Assembly (NCBI RefSeq): GCF_018350175.1
Contig: NC_058368.1
Location: 182,344,001 to 182,408,000, forward strand
Length of the DNA: 64,000 nucleotides
Direction of reading: 5' to 3'
DNA from: Felis catus
Lineage: Eukaryota
In this document: piece by piece, positions 13,056 through 26,759 of the stretch
How the letters are laid out: each line of letters starts with the position of its first letter
Position numbering within the stretch: position 1 is the first letter of the stretch
The notes under the pieces: model-generated
What the model was told of the DNA's origin: nothing
Database searches by the model: none
The model's input: the letters and a program-made list of their open reading frames with translations, nothing else
Translations under genes and position numbers: made by a program

Positions 13056-14084
13056 TATTCATTATTGCTTATTATAGTGCAAAAAATAAGAATGAAAGTA
13101 TTGTGGATTCAGTAATTGACCACTTATATTGTACCATGATCAAGTTATCCAACTTTCTTCTGCTCTAGTTGTTCATCTGTAAAATAGGGATAACATCACC
13201 TTCTCTACCTATGTTAAAGACTTTTGGTGAGGATCAGACAAGAGCCTTTAATCATTCAACACAAGTTTATCAAAAACCTACAATGTGCCAGGGTGAATGC
13301 CATTTTTGGGGGACTTACTGATGAATAAAGACATGATCCATTCTCCTGTGCTAATAGCTTAGTATGACACAGATATTAATAAAAAAAAAGACCTTCCAAA
13401 TAAATGTAATACATGTAAGAGCATTTAATAGACTATAAGGTGATAACTTTAATGCCACAAATATACATTAAAAACACTTCCAATGTCTACGTTGTCTCTA
13501 TACATCTGTGTTTTTAATCATCAATATATCCAGATGGGATTAGTTCCTTGGAGGGGGAAAACAACCATCCCAAGGTATCCCAAAACCAAAATTAATTGGT
13601 ACAAGCAAGTCAAATAATGGGTAATAGAAAATATAATGGCCATGGAGCCAAATATTAAAATAGCTGGTCAGCAAATTCTTTCCCAAGAGAGAGGCCTACT
13701 TAAATAAAGATCAGAAATTTGCTCAGTGAATATGTAAAATGAAAACAGGCAATAACTTATGAAGTTAAATCTACACAGGCTAACAACAGTAGCATCATCT
13801 GAACTTGGTATCCTCCTTCTAAGTAATCCTGGAAGAATACGCTGTACAAATGTGTCACACTGAATAGACACAGACCCTGCCACACTTCTCTCCACTATCT
13901 CGACATGCAATATTCCAAAATGGTCAGTGTTAAGAAGGAGTGCATTATATAGTGGTTGAAAACATGAACTGTAAAGCAGATACACCTAGTGATGAGAAGC
14001 TCAACTCCTCAGGATTTTCACAAGACTCTGAACACATTTATGCAACACCATATGAGACACATGAATCAGGGAACGGAGCTTCAC

Positions 14085-14300
14085 TTTTGGAGTGAGAGAA
14101 ACTTATATTCGAGTCCCTCCTCAAATACACGTTACCTATGTGACCTTAAGCAAATTATTTCTCTTTCCCTCCAGTTCCTCCTCTGTTGAATGTGAGTAAT
14201 AATAGTCTCTCAGCAGACAGTTATAGTCAACAAGAGAATTCACATAAGCCTCTTAGAACAGTGCCTTCCATGTAGTAAACACTCAATAAAAATTTACTCC
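14085..14300 (+). mobile_element. MIR SINE fossil with (CTA/CCA)n tail
   Basis: TGTGACCTTAAGCAAATTATTT...TTAGAACAGTGCCTTCCATGTAGTAAACACTCAATAAA. Confidence 0.8.
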
Positions 14301-15769
14301 TGCTACTACCACTTACTATTACTACCACTACCACTACTACTCTCCTATCACTACCAATGCCATTATGTCTCATAATACCACAATTGGTGCTGCTGTTACT
14401 ATTCTAGGCCTCATTTGTCTCAAAATCATTTCCAGTGTTTAGGAAACTTTCACTTCATTCTTTATGAACTCAGTGAGGAGGGTGTGGGTCTACTGGTGGC
14501 AGATTTTACCAAGACAGAACCGGGCAGTTGGCTTAATCATTGTTAGACTATTCTGCAATTCCTGATGCATGCTAATTACCCTGTGCCTGGCCCCCTCTTG
14601 GCACTGGAGAAGCCTGATCAAGAGGAAAGCCCCCAAGATCAGCTCTGCAGTCTTAAAAAGTGGGGGACAAGGGAGGGTCCAACGAGTTGCAGGTGAAGTC
14701 ATCCTCACTACAGCCCTCTCCAGACTTACCATCTGCCCAAACCCACTGCTCCTTTCCCTTTCACCCAGACATCGGCTACCATGAGAATGCAAACTGCTTC
14801 AATCAGATAAATTCACTTGTGGGAGAATGACAGAAACATGCCCTCTCCCTCATGAAATGGTCAAAGGGAGGGGGGAAAAAAAGAAAAGAAAAGAAAAGAA
14901 GAAGTCAAGTTTTTTTCGGCTACCTTATGAAAAATGAGAGAAGTTGCTGAAAAGAAAGGCCCTGATATAGAAAGAACTACAACAAATGCTACAAATGGAA
15001 ACACAGGATGCAGGATGGGAAATGGAGAATACGCGAGCATATATACATATATATCCTCCAGCCAAGGAAATAAGGAAAAGAATGTTGATTTTATTCAGTA
15101 TTAATAACGGGAGAGAGTTGTTTGACATGGTAACAACCACTTAATGCCCTGCAGAATCCCGAATGTACACCATCCATCTCCTCTGACAAGGGGATTATTC
15201 CAATCTCTGTGCTGGAGTGAAGAAAAAGAACACAAAATGTTGTTTTCTGTGAACTAGTTTTTTTTTTTTTAAACCTCCTTGATAAATCTTCTGCATTTTG
15301 GTTCTTTCTGTTCCAATTAAAATAGTTGCCTGAGTTCAATTCGTGGGTATAATAACTAGGATTTCTTTCAGAGCTCCTTTCCTAATTAAAAGCAGCATTT
15401 ACAGAGAAAGGGTTTTACATACTTATGTATTACCTTATTCAATCCAAGCAAATTGCTTCCCTATGTAAACTCCTGAATAGTTTCATTTCTTCAAACATTG
15501 AAAGCCATTCTAATGTAGATTTTGCATTAATTTGGGGAAAGAAAATGCAGCATAGTCTAGGTGGAGTTACTATTTCTAAACTTAATTCTTGACTTTATGA
15601 ATTGATATAAACACACATGTGTGTACAAATGTGTATTTCTATGTCCATTAGCCAAGTAAGGTCTGAACATTTGATTACTCAGGAAATTTATGCACACAAT
15701 TTTCTTCTGAAATATTTTTTCTTTCTGAGAAAAAGGGAAAGAATTGCTGAGGAAATTGGGTATAATGAT

Positions 15770-16180
15770 AACTTGAGTGGTATGTACCAGGTTATTTATA
15801 TACACTAATGTAATTCTAACACTGTTATTTTCCCCACTGTACAGATAAGGAAGTTGCTGCACAGAGAGGCTAATCAATTGCCTAGAGTCACAAACTTACA
15901 TGCGAAAGGGTGGGATTCAAACCTAGGTAGCCAGGCTCGCCACTTTGCTCTCCTACATCATCCTGCTTCACAGCATGGTCTAATGGGAGAGGTTGTCAGT
16001 AGAGACCAGGTAAATCAGAGCTGAGACTCTAACATCGTCTCTTGCTGACTGTTTAATATGGGGCCAACCCCTTGGCCTCTCTGCTCTTGAGGTTTTCTCT
16101 ACCTGATAAAATGGGGCAATCATGCCTGCAACTGTGGGTCTACGAAGGAGGTCAAATTTAAGTTAACCTCTGTGAAGAAT
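15770..16180. mobile_element. Two divergent MIR fossils (- ~15770-15970; + ~15970-16180)
   Basis: ACAGATAAGGAAGTTGCTGCACAGAGAGG and CTACCTGATAAAATGGGGCAATC cores. Confidence 0.65.
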
Positions 16181-18061
16181 CTTTCTTCTTTTTCTTACTC
16201 AGTTTGGCTCAAGAGATTTAATTAAACTCAATTTATAATTAGCCTTCTCTCTTCCTCCTCTAAGCAGTCTCAGGCTAGATGATGACTCATAGTGACCATG
16301 GGTATAATGAACATTTTAACAGTCAGACTTGTTTCTGCATATCACATGGGGCCCAGTCCACTCATGTGTCTTATTACAGTGAACCTACCTGAAGCCTTCA
16401 CAACTAGAATTTCTCACAGAATTGGTTGAAAAAAATAAAGCATAGCCTTTCATATATATAATCATATTTGTTTTATTTTCTTAAAAATACATATATTGTC
16501 ACTAGAGTTTTTAGGAGATTCTACATCTGTATCTAGCTGGGAGTTGACAGTATTGGACACCAGCGCAGACTGCTGTTCAGAGGTGATCCCAGGGTGCCCT
16601 TTGATTCTGGAGGTGGGAAGAGAGTCATTCTACAATTGTTCCTGCAGGTCTAATTCTTGACATCCCTTTCCTATCTTGCCATTGCATATTGTCTAGTGTT
16701 AATGGATGGATGAAACTTTTATAAAGCAATGTTACCCTCTCTGATCTCAAAGCTTATAGGGGAATCCAGAAACGAGCATTTGTGTCAATTACTAATATAA
16801 ACCATCAATCTAGTAAGCAGCTTATACAAATTCAGTCCATATACTCTGATAATGTTTGATAAAAATGTCACAAATGGGGTTTTACTGATGAATTTAAGTA
16901 AAATAAATTTAAAGGAAGATGTAGTATGTCCATCCAGCCCTGACGAATGTCATAATAATAGAAAGCTTCAGAAATTACTGGTATTTCTAAAATATTTTAT
17001 TAGAGATGGGAACAATTAAATGTGAGTTTAAGACAACACATGAGATAATGGAAATTTTAGTTAAATAAATGAATATCAGAAAGGCAAAGACAGAAATGTA
17101 AGCTTAATGTTTTTAGAGGCTCACTCTCTGGAAAAAACAAAGTCTCAAATTAGAAAGTTTCTGAAGGACCATGAATATTAGGTTAGATGGCTTCAAAGAC
17201 TTGTTCCCCCAATATCTACCCATGTCTCTATGATCACAACTAGTAAAACTTTTCCTGGTGTATAACTTAAGTATAACAATTACATTGTGAAGAGTGATTG
17301 TCCATTAGCTTGCATTTGAGATTCTTTTAAATATCTAAAAATAGGCAAACAAAATTATTTCACAGATGCCGATCAACTTTAAAAAGTCTATTTCAATACT
17401 AAAAAAAAAAAGTCCTTTCTTTCATTACACATTAAAACTCCTTTATACTTACATACGATGGATTTGTTCTTTCATATATCAATCAACAATTAACATTGCC
17501 AGTAATTGCATAGAGGCTCTCGTTTGTAAGACTTTTGTTCAGTTTCAATGTTATTACCCTTTGTGTTTGTGTAAAAATATCTATGTAATCATGTGAATGC
17601 TTTATTATTTTTGTCCCTTAATATGTGATAATATGATAGTGATAATATGATATGCCTCCTACATTTAGTACCAGTAACAGAAACAGAGCAATCATAGTTT
17701 ATGCTGCGAGTATACTTTACATGGCCAATTGTGTGCATTTGTGACAGAAACAAACAAAACAAAAATAAAAGTTCACTTATGAAATATTGAATATGTATCA
17801 TCATTGACTCTCTTCAAAGGGTAAGGTGCAATGAAGCATTATAAAACTTTATTTCTCAGGATACAGAACTCTCCTTTTATAATCTATGAATCTATTGTTA
17901 GACTTTTACACATTGAGTTTTGGACTCATTTGCAGGAGGCATCATGGATGTTTATGGCTAGCAGAAAACAAGTAGCTTACAGTGTTCTTCCTGATTTCTT
18001 TGCCTCCCTTCCTTCTTTTCAGCTCTTTATGGACCCTTTATTCAGCTGTAAATATTTTTCC

Positions 18062-18255
18062 TTTTTTTTCTTTTTTTCTTTTTTTTTTCAGAAAGAGCAG
18101 AAGAGAGGCAGAAGGAGAGGAAGAGAGACATTCTTAACCAGGCTTCATGACCTGTGCAGACCCCAACGCAGGGCTCACTTCCACAACTGTGAGATCATGA
18201 CCTGAGACTAAATTATGAGTCCCACACTCAAGTGACTGAGCCCCCAGATGCCCCC
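18062..18255 (-). mobile_element. Can-SINE (diverged)
   Basis: T tail, GAGATCATGACCTGAG, GATGCCCC end. Confidence 0.85.
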
Positions 18256-18453
18256 ACCCAGGCTTGCATCAGGATCAGTCATGTGATAGTAGGGTTTTGT
18301 GAGACTTCCTGCTTAAATATCAATTTCAAAATCTTATTGTTATTTGCATGAATTTTGTTTTTCTGAAGAATTACTTCAGTGTTTGGTATTTTATTTAATA
18401 GCTATTCCTTGATTTCTTGGGCCTTGTCTCCCCAAGAAGCTCCCTGAAGTTTA

Positions 18454-18675
18454 CAGGATCAGCAAACTTTCTGGGAAGGACCAGGTTGCCAATACTTTCA
18501 TTTTTATGGGCCACAAGGTCTCTATTGCAACCACTCAACTCAGCTTGGCAGTTGTAGCATAAATGTAGTCAGAGACATGATGAAATTGAATAGACGTGCC
18601 ATGCTCCAAAATAAAATTATTTATAAAACAGGTGGCCAATGGTAGGTAGAACTTGTCCCACAGTCAGAACCCTGT
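18454..18675 (+). mobile_element. MER58A-like hAT-Charlie MITE
   Basis: CAGGATCAGCAAACTTT...GGTCTCTATTGCAACCACTCAACTC...AACCCTG. Confidence 0.8.
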
Positions 18676-19043
18676 TAATGGTAATGTTTGTTAACTTTTA
18701 CTCTCTTCCCCTTTGAAATGTTCGAGAGACACATTCTGTCAAAGCCTAGCCTCTCTTGAGCACCAGATGTCCCAGCCTCTCATACTTGCTTCTGCTGTTG
18801 GTAAAATTGCAATGTTCTGTGCCAGGCATACAACAAATGAGAGAAAAGTGCCTGGGAGTGAGCAAGGTGAAATCCTTTAAGATGTTTAATGACAACAGTA
18901 ACAAATAGAGGCAACGACTATTTTTTTTGCACCCTCTATGTGCCCTACCATCATTTGACCTGCCCAACATTCTTCAGAAATAGATATTATTAGAGCCTCA
19001 CTTTATAGATGAGGCATCTGAGGCTTTCTAAAAGTTACAGTTA

Positions 19044-19173
19044 GGGGCGCCTGGGTGGGTCAGTCAGGTGAGCATCAGCCCATGATGCTGATTTCCACTC
19101 AGCCCATGATCCCAGGGTAGTGGGGTTGAGCCCTGTATAGGTCTCTGTGCTGAGCATGGAAACTGCTTAAGAT

Positions 19174-19204
<31 letters not shown>

Positions 19205-19286
19205 GTCTCTCTCTCTCTCCCTCCCTCTGCCCCTCTCCCCCACTCATGCGTGCTCTCTCTCTCTGTCTCACTCTAAAATTTAAAAA
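19044..19286 (+). mobile_element. Can-SINE inserted in a MIR
   Basis: GGGGCGCCTGGGTGG head; TSD AAAAGTTACAGTTA / AAAAGTTATGGTTA. Confidence 0.92.
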
Positions 19287-19606
19287 AAAAGTTATGGTTA
19301 GAAAAGCAGTCATAGGTAGGAATAGATTTCATGCCTTGGGGCCCCAGCAAGACTACAATCCATTTTTTCTGGTCCGTCTTCATAATACTTTTGCCACAAT
19401 GGTTCCATTTCAATTAACACTCACAGTTCTAAAGAAATTGCTTGAGATGTGGGTTTTCACTTGATTCTTATAGAAATCCATGGGTAGACAACAGATGAAG
19501 ATTCATGACCCTTCCTTTGAGATGAGGAATGAGAATTCTAAAATGTTTAGTATCTTGCTTAAGGCCAAGGAGCCAGTACCCTCCTGGATTGTCACCCATC
19601 TCTAAC

Positions 19607-19823
19607 TTTTTTTTTTTTTCAACGTTTATTTATTTTTGGGACAGAGAGAGACAGAGCATGAACGGGGGAGGGGTAGAGAGAGAGGGGGAGACACAGAATC
19701 GGAAACAGGCTCCAGGCTCTGAGCCATCAGCCCAGAGCCCGACGCGGGGCTCGAACTCACGGACCGCAGATCGTGACCTGGCTGAAGTCGGACGCTTAAC
19801 CGACTGCGCCACCCAGGCGCCCC
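19607..19823 (-). mobile_element. Young Can-SINE
   Basis: Near-consensus; TSD ACCCA(T/A)CTCTAACTTTT at 19594-19610 and 19824-19840. Confidence 0.95.
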
Positions 19824-19930
19824 ACCCAACTCTAACTTTTGTTCCCAACTTAAGTTTAAATCTCCCTTTCCTTGCTGCCACACCTAGGCTTTAGAGAGAA
19901 GAGCACCATGCAAAGGATAAGATACATTAT

Positions 19931-20138
19931 TTAAAAAAAAAAATTAACGTTTGTTTATTTTTCAGATACGGAGAGACAGAAAGAGACAGAGTGCAGAGAG
20001 GGAGAGGGGCAGAGAGAGAGGGACACATAGAATCTGAAGCAGATTCAGAGCCAGACATGGGGCTCAAACTCACAGACCTTGAGATCATGACGCGAGCCAA
20101 AGTTGGTTGCTTAACCGACTGAGCCACCCAGGCACCCC
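19931..20138 (-). mobile_element. Can-SINE
   Basis: Typical body; degenerate TSD TAAGAT..ATTAT. Confidence 0.9.
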
Positions 20139-22371
20139 TAAGATGTATTATATAATTCTTGCTCCCTTGCATTCAACCAGGCTATTCATTCTCATCTATG
20201 TCCACAGATAGAGACTAACAAGAGAGCTCTTGAGTTTATGCAGGCAAATAAAACCTATGAGCTCCACAACTAAGGAAAGCCACATTTCTGTTTTGAAGCC
20301 AAATGACCAGCCATCCAGCCAAGCTTTGCTTCTGAGAATGGAAGGCTATTGCCCTCATCACTGAATATACTGAGGCATAAAGCATGATTGTGGCTTTAAT
20401 TCTAAGCAAATCATGAGCTTTCAAAGAGCAATAATATTGTCCCTGATTACATGGCTCTTTGAATGTAAAATTGGGATTTGTGTAAAAGAAAGGAGAAGGC
20501 ACACGGCACTGCATATTAAGCACTACTTAATATCTACAAGGTTTGGTTATCAGTTCCACTAACTAGTACCAGACTCTCCTATTTGAATATGAAACACACA
20601 GATGTGTTCCTTTATTATAAATATCATAATTGTTCTTTGGTATCTTCAAATTCATGTTTGACGGAACTTTTACATAGTCAAGGACATCTCTTTGCTTTTT
20701 GCATTTTTGCTTTCTCAGCACATAAAAGCACAGCAGAAAATGGGCCTTAATCCCTGATGAGCCTCCCTGGATGCCTTGGGGAGGACATCTAGGTTTTTTC
20801 ACTATATGATAATATTTACTCATCATACTTATTTTCATCAATATCAATTGATTATTTCTTATAAAGTGAGGTGAAGTCCTCCAATAAAATTTAATCTACA
20901 TGCTTTTAAGCTACTTTTTATTCCCCTTTAAAATTCAGGTTTCTGAGTAACAAAGCAGAAATTGTTTCAAAGAAGCAGTATTCAGCACATTTTAGTCTAA
21001 GGAGACACATAATTAATAAAATTTGCACACACCGTTTTAAAAGGTGATCAGACCTTTTCTCTCTGGTGAGTGCCAGAGAGAACATATTTGACCAGTTCAC
21101 AGACCAGTTATAGAGTTTGAATAATTAAGAAAAAATTATTGCAAAAATGCACATGACTTGTTTATTATTATAAATGCAACCTCTAATACCTTCCAATTCA
21201 CCAGGGTGTATTCACTTAAAGATGAATTTATATGCTATTTAAGTACCATTGATATTATCAAATGATGTCAGATTTAATTAGTAAAAAGCAGATTTTACAA
21301 ACATTGACCTTGGTTCAAGGGGGAAAAAAAAGGACCTGAAGATAAGGAGATAACAATTGATGGATGGAACATTATTCTATTTGAGAAAACGAAAAATGGT
21401 AAAGCATTTAGAAATTGAATTCATGACCTGCAAAACAAGATCAAATTAAAAACTGTCAGACTGCTGAAAAATCCCTAAATGTGTGAAGGCAGAGAATTCT
21501 AGTTCTGAAATGTAAATGAGGATAGTTAGAAATGTGAACTGAAAGCTGGTTTTCTTATTGTGAGAAAGAGGGGGAAAAAGATTTAAGGGAGAGAAAAAGT
21601 AGGTAAATATATCTGGGCTCTGAATTGGTGGTAATATTGGAATGGAGATAAAGCGCTAACAATGGCATGTACTAGATTAATTATGTATTCACAAGGAAAA
21701 AGATTCTCTACCTGTAGAAAGGCTAGAAATCCCTATCTAAGGAGTTTTAAGATGTTTTAACCTGTGATGATGCAAGTGCAATATAACCAGCAACATGCAT
21801 TGAACCTTGTTTTGGATGTGCTTGACACTCAGTCATAATTTATTGAAGAAATGTAGTGGTAGTGAAACAAATTTGAAAAATGACCAAGAATAATAAAAGG
21901 TAGTAATAACTTATTTCCAATAATTGTGTGAGAACAAGTTGGGTGATATTTTTGACATTTGAGAGAAAAATGGAAAAATACTACTGATAATACTGTGGAT
22001 TTTTATACTTACAGGAAATCCTGAGCTATTATTTGCCTCTGTGCACTCTGATGATAATAAAGAAGGAGGATTATTAAAAATATCATAAAGAAATCCTAAG
22101 GATATAAACCACAACTAAGAGGGCAAATGATCTTAACTCACCAGTCCTAAAGAGACATCAACATAAAATCAATAGATTCTTAACACTAGTGAATTTTAAA
22201 GGATGGGCAAAATTGGACTGAATATTGAATGAGTATGAGATAGTAACTACAACAATGCACATGTTTATAAAATGCAACCATCATTTTAAACAACTCCCAT
22301 TTATAATTTATCAGAGATAGGGTAGATATTAATCCATTTGATGAATGAGGATACTTATCCTTAGCAAATTG

Positions 22372-23080
22372 CATTCAGTCACTCAACTGACTAATGTTTA
22401 TTGAACACTTACTATGTGCCAGGTTTCTGCCAGAAGTTGGAGATATAAAAGTGAGCCTCTGATCTCAGAGAATGTACAGTGCAGGTGAAGCAGACATTAA
22501 TGAAATAATCATACAATGTCCATACAATTTCAATCTTAGAAGAGTATACAGATAAGGAAAATATCACTATGAAAATTTTTCTTTGAATAGAAAACTAATT
22601 CAATTTGCAGGGCCATAGAGTCTTCCCTAAGAAAGGAATGGTAGAGCTTTCTAGTACGTAAAGGATGAGCCATACCTGTAAGGAAAAAGGAGGCCGGTAG
22701 AATGACAGGGAATAGCTTTCCAGGCAGATGAAAAAGCATGTGCATAGTCCCTGTGGTGGGAGTGACAGAGCTGTCTTAGAAAGCTCCTGCTCATCTACCA
22801 AGGCTTTTGTCAGCTCCCCCAAGTAGCCCAGGTAAACATATATGATCTCCTGCGTGTTGTCTCAAATCATTATGGTCACGGTATTATAGCCCTTACCAAC
22901 CTCTAGCAAAATTATTGTTTTAGTTATTAATTTTCTCCTAAAATCATAAATTCAACCTGATATGAGAAGCTTGCTCCCAGCTTTACTTCTCATTGTTCAT
23001 TCCAGCAGTGCCTAACATAACTTGTAGCAAAGATAGGAATCCGAATAAATACTTAGAAGTATCAGTGAACATGCAAATGA
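22372..23080. mobile_element. Divergent L2 3' fragments (- ~22372-22770; + ~22830-23080)
   Basis: TTTATTGAACACTTACTATGTGCCAGG and CAGTGCCTAACATAACTTGTAG...AATAAATACTT tails. Confidence 0.6.
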
Positions 23081-24406
23081 ATCTGGGAACCATATGAGAG
23101 GCCATGTTCATTTAAAATACCAAATTAGTAAATATCAAAAGGAACTTTTTTTCTAACAAAATTTTAAGAAAGAATAGAAATGTTTTTAAGCAAATTAAAA
23201 ACACAGGCGTTTAGAGCATAAATACATAATATGGTAAATTGTTTGAAGTAAATAACCAAAGCAAGTGGAATTTTGGCAATTATTGTTATATACCACCTGA
23301 AAGGCAAAAACAAATCTGTCCTGAAATCTTGAGAAATATATTGAAATATAACTTTCAAAATCCAAGGACTGGGTTATTATATTCCTCTTCAGGACTGAGA
23401 GCAATTCCTAAATGCTATAGTAGGGCTTGCAAAATATGTTGATTTATCATCTTTGTTAATAATATACTGGGGGGTATGATGCATCTTTCTTTCTCTCCTA
23501 AACACTACTGTTCTGGTTTTCGTTTTCTTGATAACAAGGCTCTTTGTACCCAAAGTGGTAGAGAAAAATGTCCCAGAAGATTGGAACACAGCTATCTTCT
23601 ATTTGTCCACCAAGGCTCCGTTGGATATTGATTTTAGGATGGTTGGAGCAGTATTCTTTTTCTAACTATTGCTGCTTCCTTCATTTTTGTTTTAGAAAAC
23701 AGGTCAATATTTCACAATTTAGATATATCCTGCAAAATAGTTATCTTATGAGGTAGAAATAATGGAGTTCTGAGCTCCCAAAAGTATTCTGGAAATCTGA
23801 TTAGTAAGGACTACTTGAGTTACTTACTAGGATCTGAAGCTCTGATGTATTTAAATAAGATCTAATGGTCTCCAGGTAGTGCTGGAGAACACATAACCTG
23901 TCTGGTATAACTTCCAATCAGTGTTTTACTTAGGAGGAAAATAACTTGTTATGTGGGAGGCAAAAGAATGTGTGTATGCACATTACATATGCATATGTAG
24001 TGTGCATGTGTATATGTCTATGTACATGTACATGTACTCTGAGAGAGTATATTCAATATTACGAGAAATTTTGTATTAAACATTTTGAAGTCCTCTTATT
24101 TTCTCTTTACAAATCACTTATAAATAAAATCGAACAAAAATATTTTTTGGCCAGTAGGGATCATGATTGAAATAATGTTGAAACCACTGGTCTTACCTAT
24201 GATTGGCAATCACCAATCAAGAAATTAATAATGCAAATGTCCATATAATTTCAATCTTAAAAGATTATAAAACTCCTTCCTTTCTAGACGATTTTTACCT
24301 TTTTTGGCAGCTAATTTTAATAAGTGAGGCAGAAATGAAAGTAGAAAGAATTATATTTTGAGTATCTTTGTTAGTACATTTGCAATAAAAGTGTTTAAAA
24401 TTCAGA

Positions 24407-24904
24407 CAGATATCCCCTGCTTTTCTAAAGTTCATGTCACGCCACTTAGCTTTTATGAAAGACCTACATTAGTACCTGTTTTTCCTAACCGAAATAAATT
24501 CAAAGAGGATTTTTGCTTTTATATAAAAAAAAAAACAGCAAAAAGCAAATAAAGCATTCAGCATTTGTTTTGCAGAGACGTTAAAGGCAGCAGTACCCTG
24601 AGCTGCAAGAAAGGCCCCGCCCAGCTCCTTCCCGGGAACCACACTAAGCATCTCAGCATCAAGCTGCCATAGCTTTGAACTGTGTCTGTGAGCATTTATG
24701 CTTTATCTCAATTATTTCCTGAATCCATTAGCAAGATGCATCTTGAGAGATCAGAAAAGCCTAAGAGAGGTTAGTTTTGGGGTCTGAGAATTCTGGAAAA
24801 TATTGCCATGTAAATTAATGGTAATTGCTTATTTACTTCATGCCGTTTCAACTGACAAATGTTTTCATAGGAACCCTCTACTTTCAGATAATGGGGGAAA
24901 CCTG
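24407..24904 (+). mobile_element. Non-autonomous Tc1/mariner (Tigger-type) DNA transposon
   Basis: Imperfect TIRs CAGATATCCCCTGCTTTTCTAAAGT / ACTTTCAGATAATGGGGGAAACCTG; TA follows the right end. Confidence 0.8.
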
Positions 24905-25291
24905 TATATGAAATGATAGCACAGAATAAACAAATATGCAAACAAATGAAAACAAAAAACATGCCCACATACAATGAAAACAAATCCAGAAAGGAATAAC
25001 CTAGAATGTCCCAGGATCAAACAATGGGTCTTCAAATGGCAAAAAAGCACTACTATATCAAATGACAGAGTTCCAGGTCAAAGTAGCTTAGAAAAAAGTC
25101 AGTCTTCACAGATTGAAATAGTTGGGAAAGGCAGAGGAGTGGGTGGAGGAGGGGAGCAGAGTTGTCACCCCACAATATGCCTCTTTGGCATAAATATTAT
25201 TTGGGGCTGATTATTTTTGAGGGGCTGCAGGCACAGGAGAAGCTCTGAAAACAGAGTAGAAGTTAAAGCTTCAAAACAGACATTTACACTT

Positions 25292-25495
25292 GGGTCCCTA
25301 GGCGGCTCAGTTGGTTAAGCAACTAACTGTTGATATTGGCTCAGGTCATGATCTCATGGTCCTGAGATCAAGCCCCGTGTTGGGCTCTGTGCTGAGTAAG
25401 GGGTCTGCTTAAGTATCTCCTTCTCCCTCTATAGCTCTCCCCTGCTTGCTCTCTCTTCCTCAAAATAAATAAATAAACTTTTTTTTTTTTTAAAT
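25292..25495 (+). mobile_element. Can-SINE nested in the LTR
   Basis: Typical body; outer TSD AGACATTTAC(A/C)CT brackets both SINEs. Confidence 0.88.
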
Positions 25496-25508
25496 AGAGG
25501 GAGACTGT

Positions 25509-25712
25509 GGTGTCTGGGTGGCTCAGGCAGTTATGTGTCTGACTTCTACTCAAGTCATGGTCTCAGGGTTCATGAGTTCCAGTTCACACTGGGCTCTGTA
25601 CTGTCAGTGCCGATCCTGCTTCAGATCCCCCACCCTCTTCTCTCTCTGCCCTTCCATAGCTCTTGCTCTCTCTCTCTCTCAAAAATAAACATAAAAATTA
25701 ATTAATTTAAAA
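25509..25712 (+). mobile_element. Second Can-SINE in tandem
   Basis: GGTGTCTGGGTGGCTCAG head, (CT)n, AATAAA, A tail. Confidence 0.88.
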
Positions 25713-26759
25713 AGAGAGACATTTACCCTTATAAGGGAAATCTCTTGTAAGAGTGTCTTCTTCTTTACCAATAGCAGTGTGACATCTCTAAAAATTCTTA
25801 ATAAAGAATGTCAACTTATGTCTGCATAACAATCATATTCTTGTTTACTGGGCTTTTCTGATAAGAGCCCATTATTGACTATCATCCTCCATTTCCCAAC
25901 ATCTTTCTTTTGTCTTTAGCTGGTGATTATATTTAAGGTGATGGCTTGGGCCATCTTGGAGATTTACTAAGTTTTCCTGGCTATCTCCCGTGTATACAAT
26001 GGGTATACAAGTTATTAAACTTTTGTTCTTCTGTTAATTTGTCTTTTTATTAAGGGGGTGGCAGGGTCTCAGCCAAGAACTTAGAAGGAGAAGTACTTTT
26101 TCATCTGTACTTCAGAAATCAAGTATTGCCAATAATGCCTCTTATTCTGTCCCCTCACCCTGGCTCCCCTGCTTCTTTCTGGATGTTAAATTCAGTCTCT
26201 TCTTTATAAAATATGGAGCCAGCTGGGGAGATGGATTGGCTGCCATCACTAGAGATATGAAATAGAGTGAACAAACAGATACATACTCCACAACTTATAG
26301 GAGTCTGATTGGATGCCCTTTTAATTATAGGAAATATGCAGATACATTTATTACATAAATGTGATATTAAACATATTGTTCTAATATATGCTTTTAATCC
26401 TTAACTATCATTCATGCCAGGACATAAATGTTAAGCCTATATTTTTCTCAGTGATTTCATAATATGAATTCATATGTTGAAATTTCCTACTTACTGGTTG
26501 TGTAACTTTGATCTAGTATTTAACATCTCTATAGATCACTTCTTCATCCAAAAAATGTAGATAATTATATTATTAGGTTTTAGAGAAAATTAAATTATAT
26601 AACAAGTGTAATATATTGCTTAATATATTGCTGACACATAGTAAAGACTCAGTAAAGGTGATCTATTATTATTATTTTATTAGTATTGTTTTACCAATTA
26701 CATGTGAACAAATAGATTCATTTTTCATCAGTGTAAACAACACCTAGAATAGGCTTTTC

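Larger units (their letters stand above)
25145..26110 (+). mobile_element. ERV1 solo LTR (MER34-like) carrying two nested SINEs
   Basis: CACCCCACAATATGCCTCTTTGGCATAAATATTATTT start; TATATTTAAG, ATTAAAC and GGGTCTCAGCCAAGAACTTAGAAGG toward the end. Confidence 0.75.

Noticed and set aside
19044..19130. tRNA-like A/B boxes in SINE heads
   Set aside because: These are Can-SINE heads, not tRNA genes
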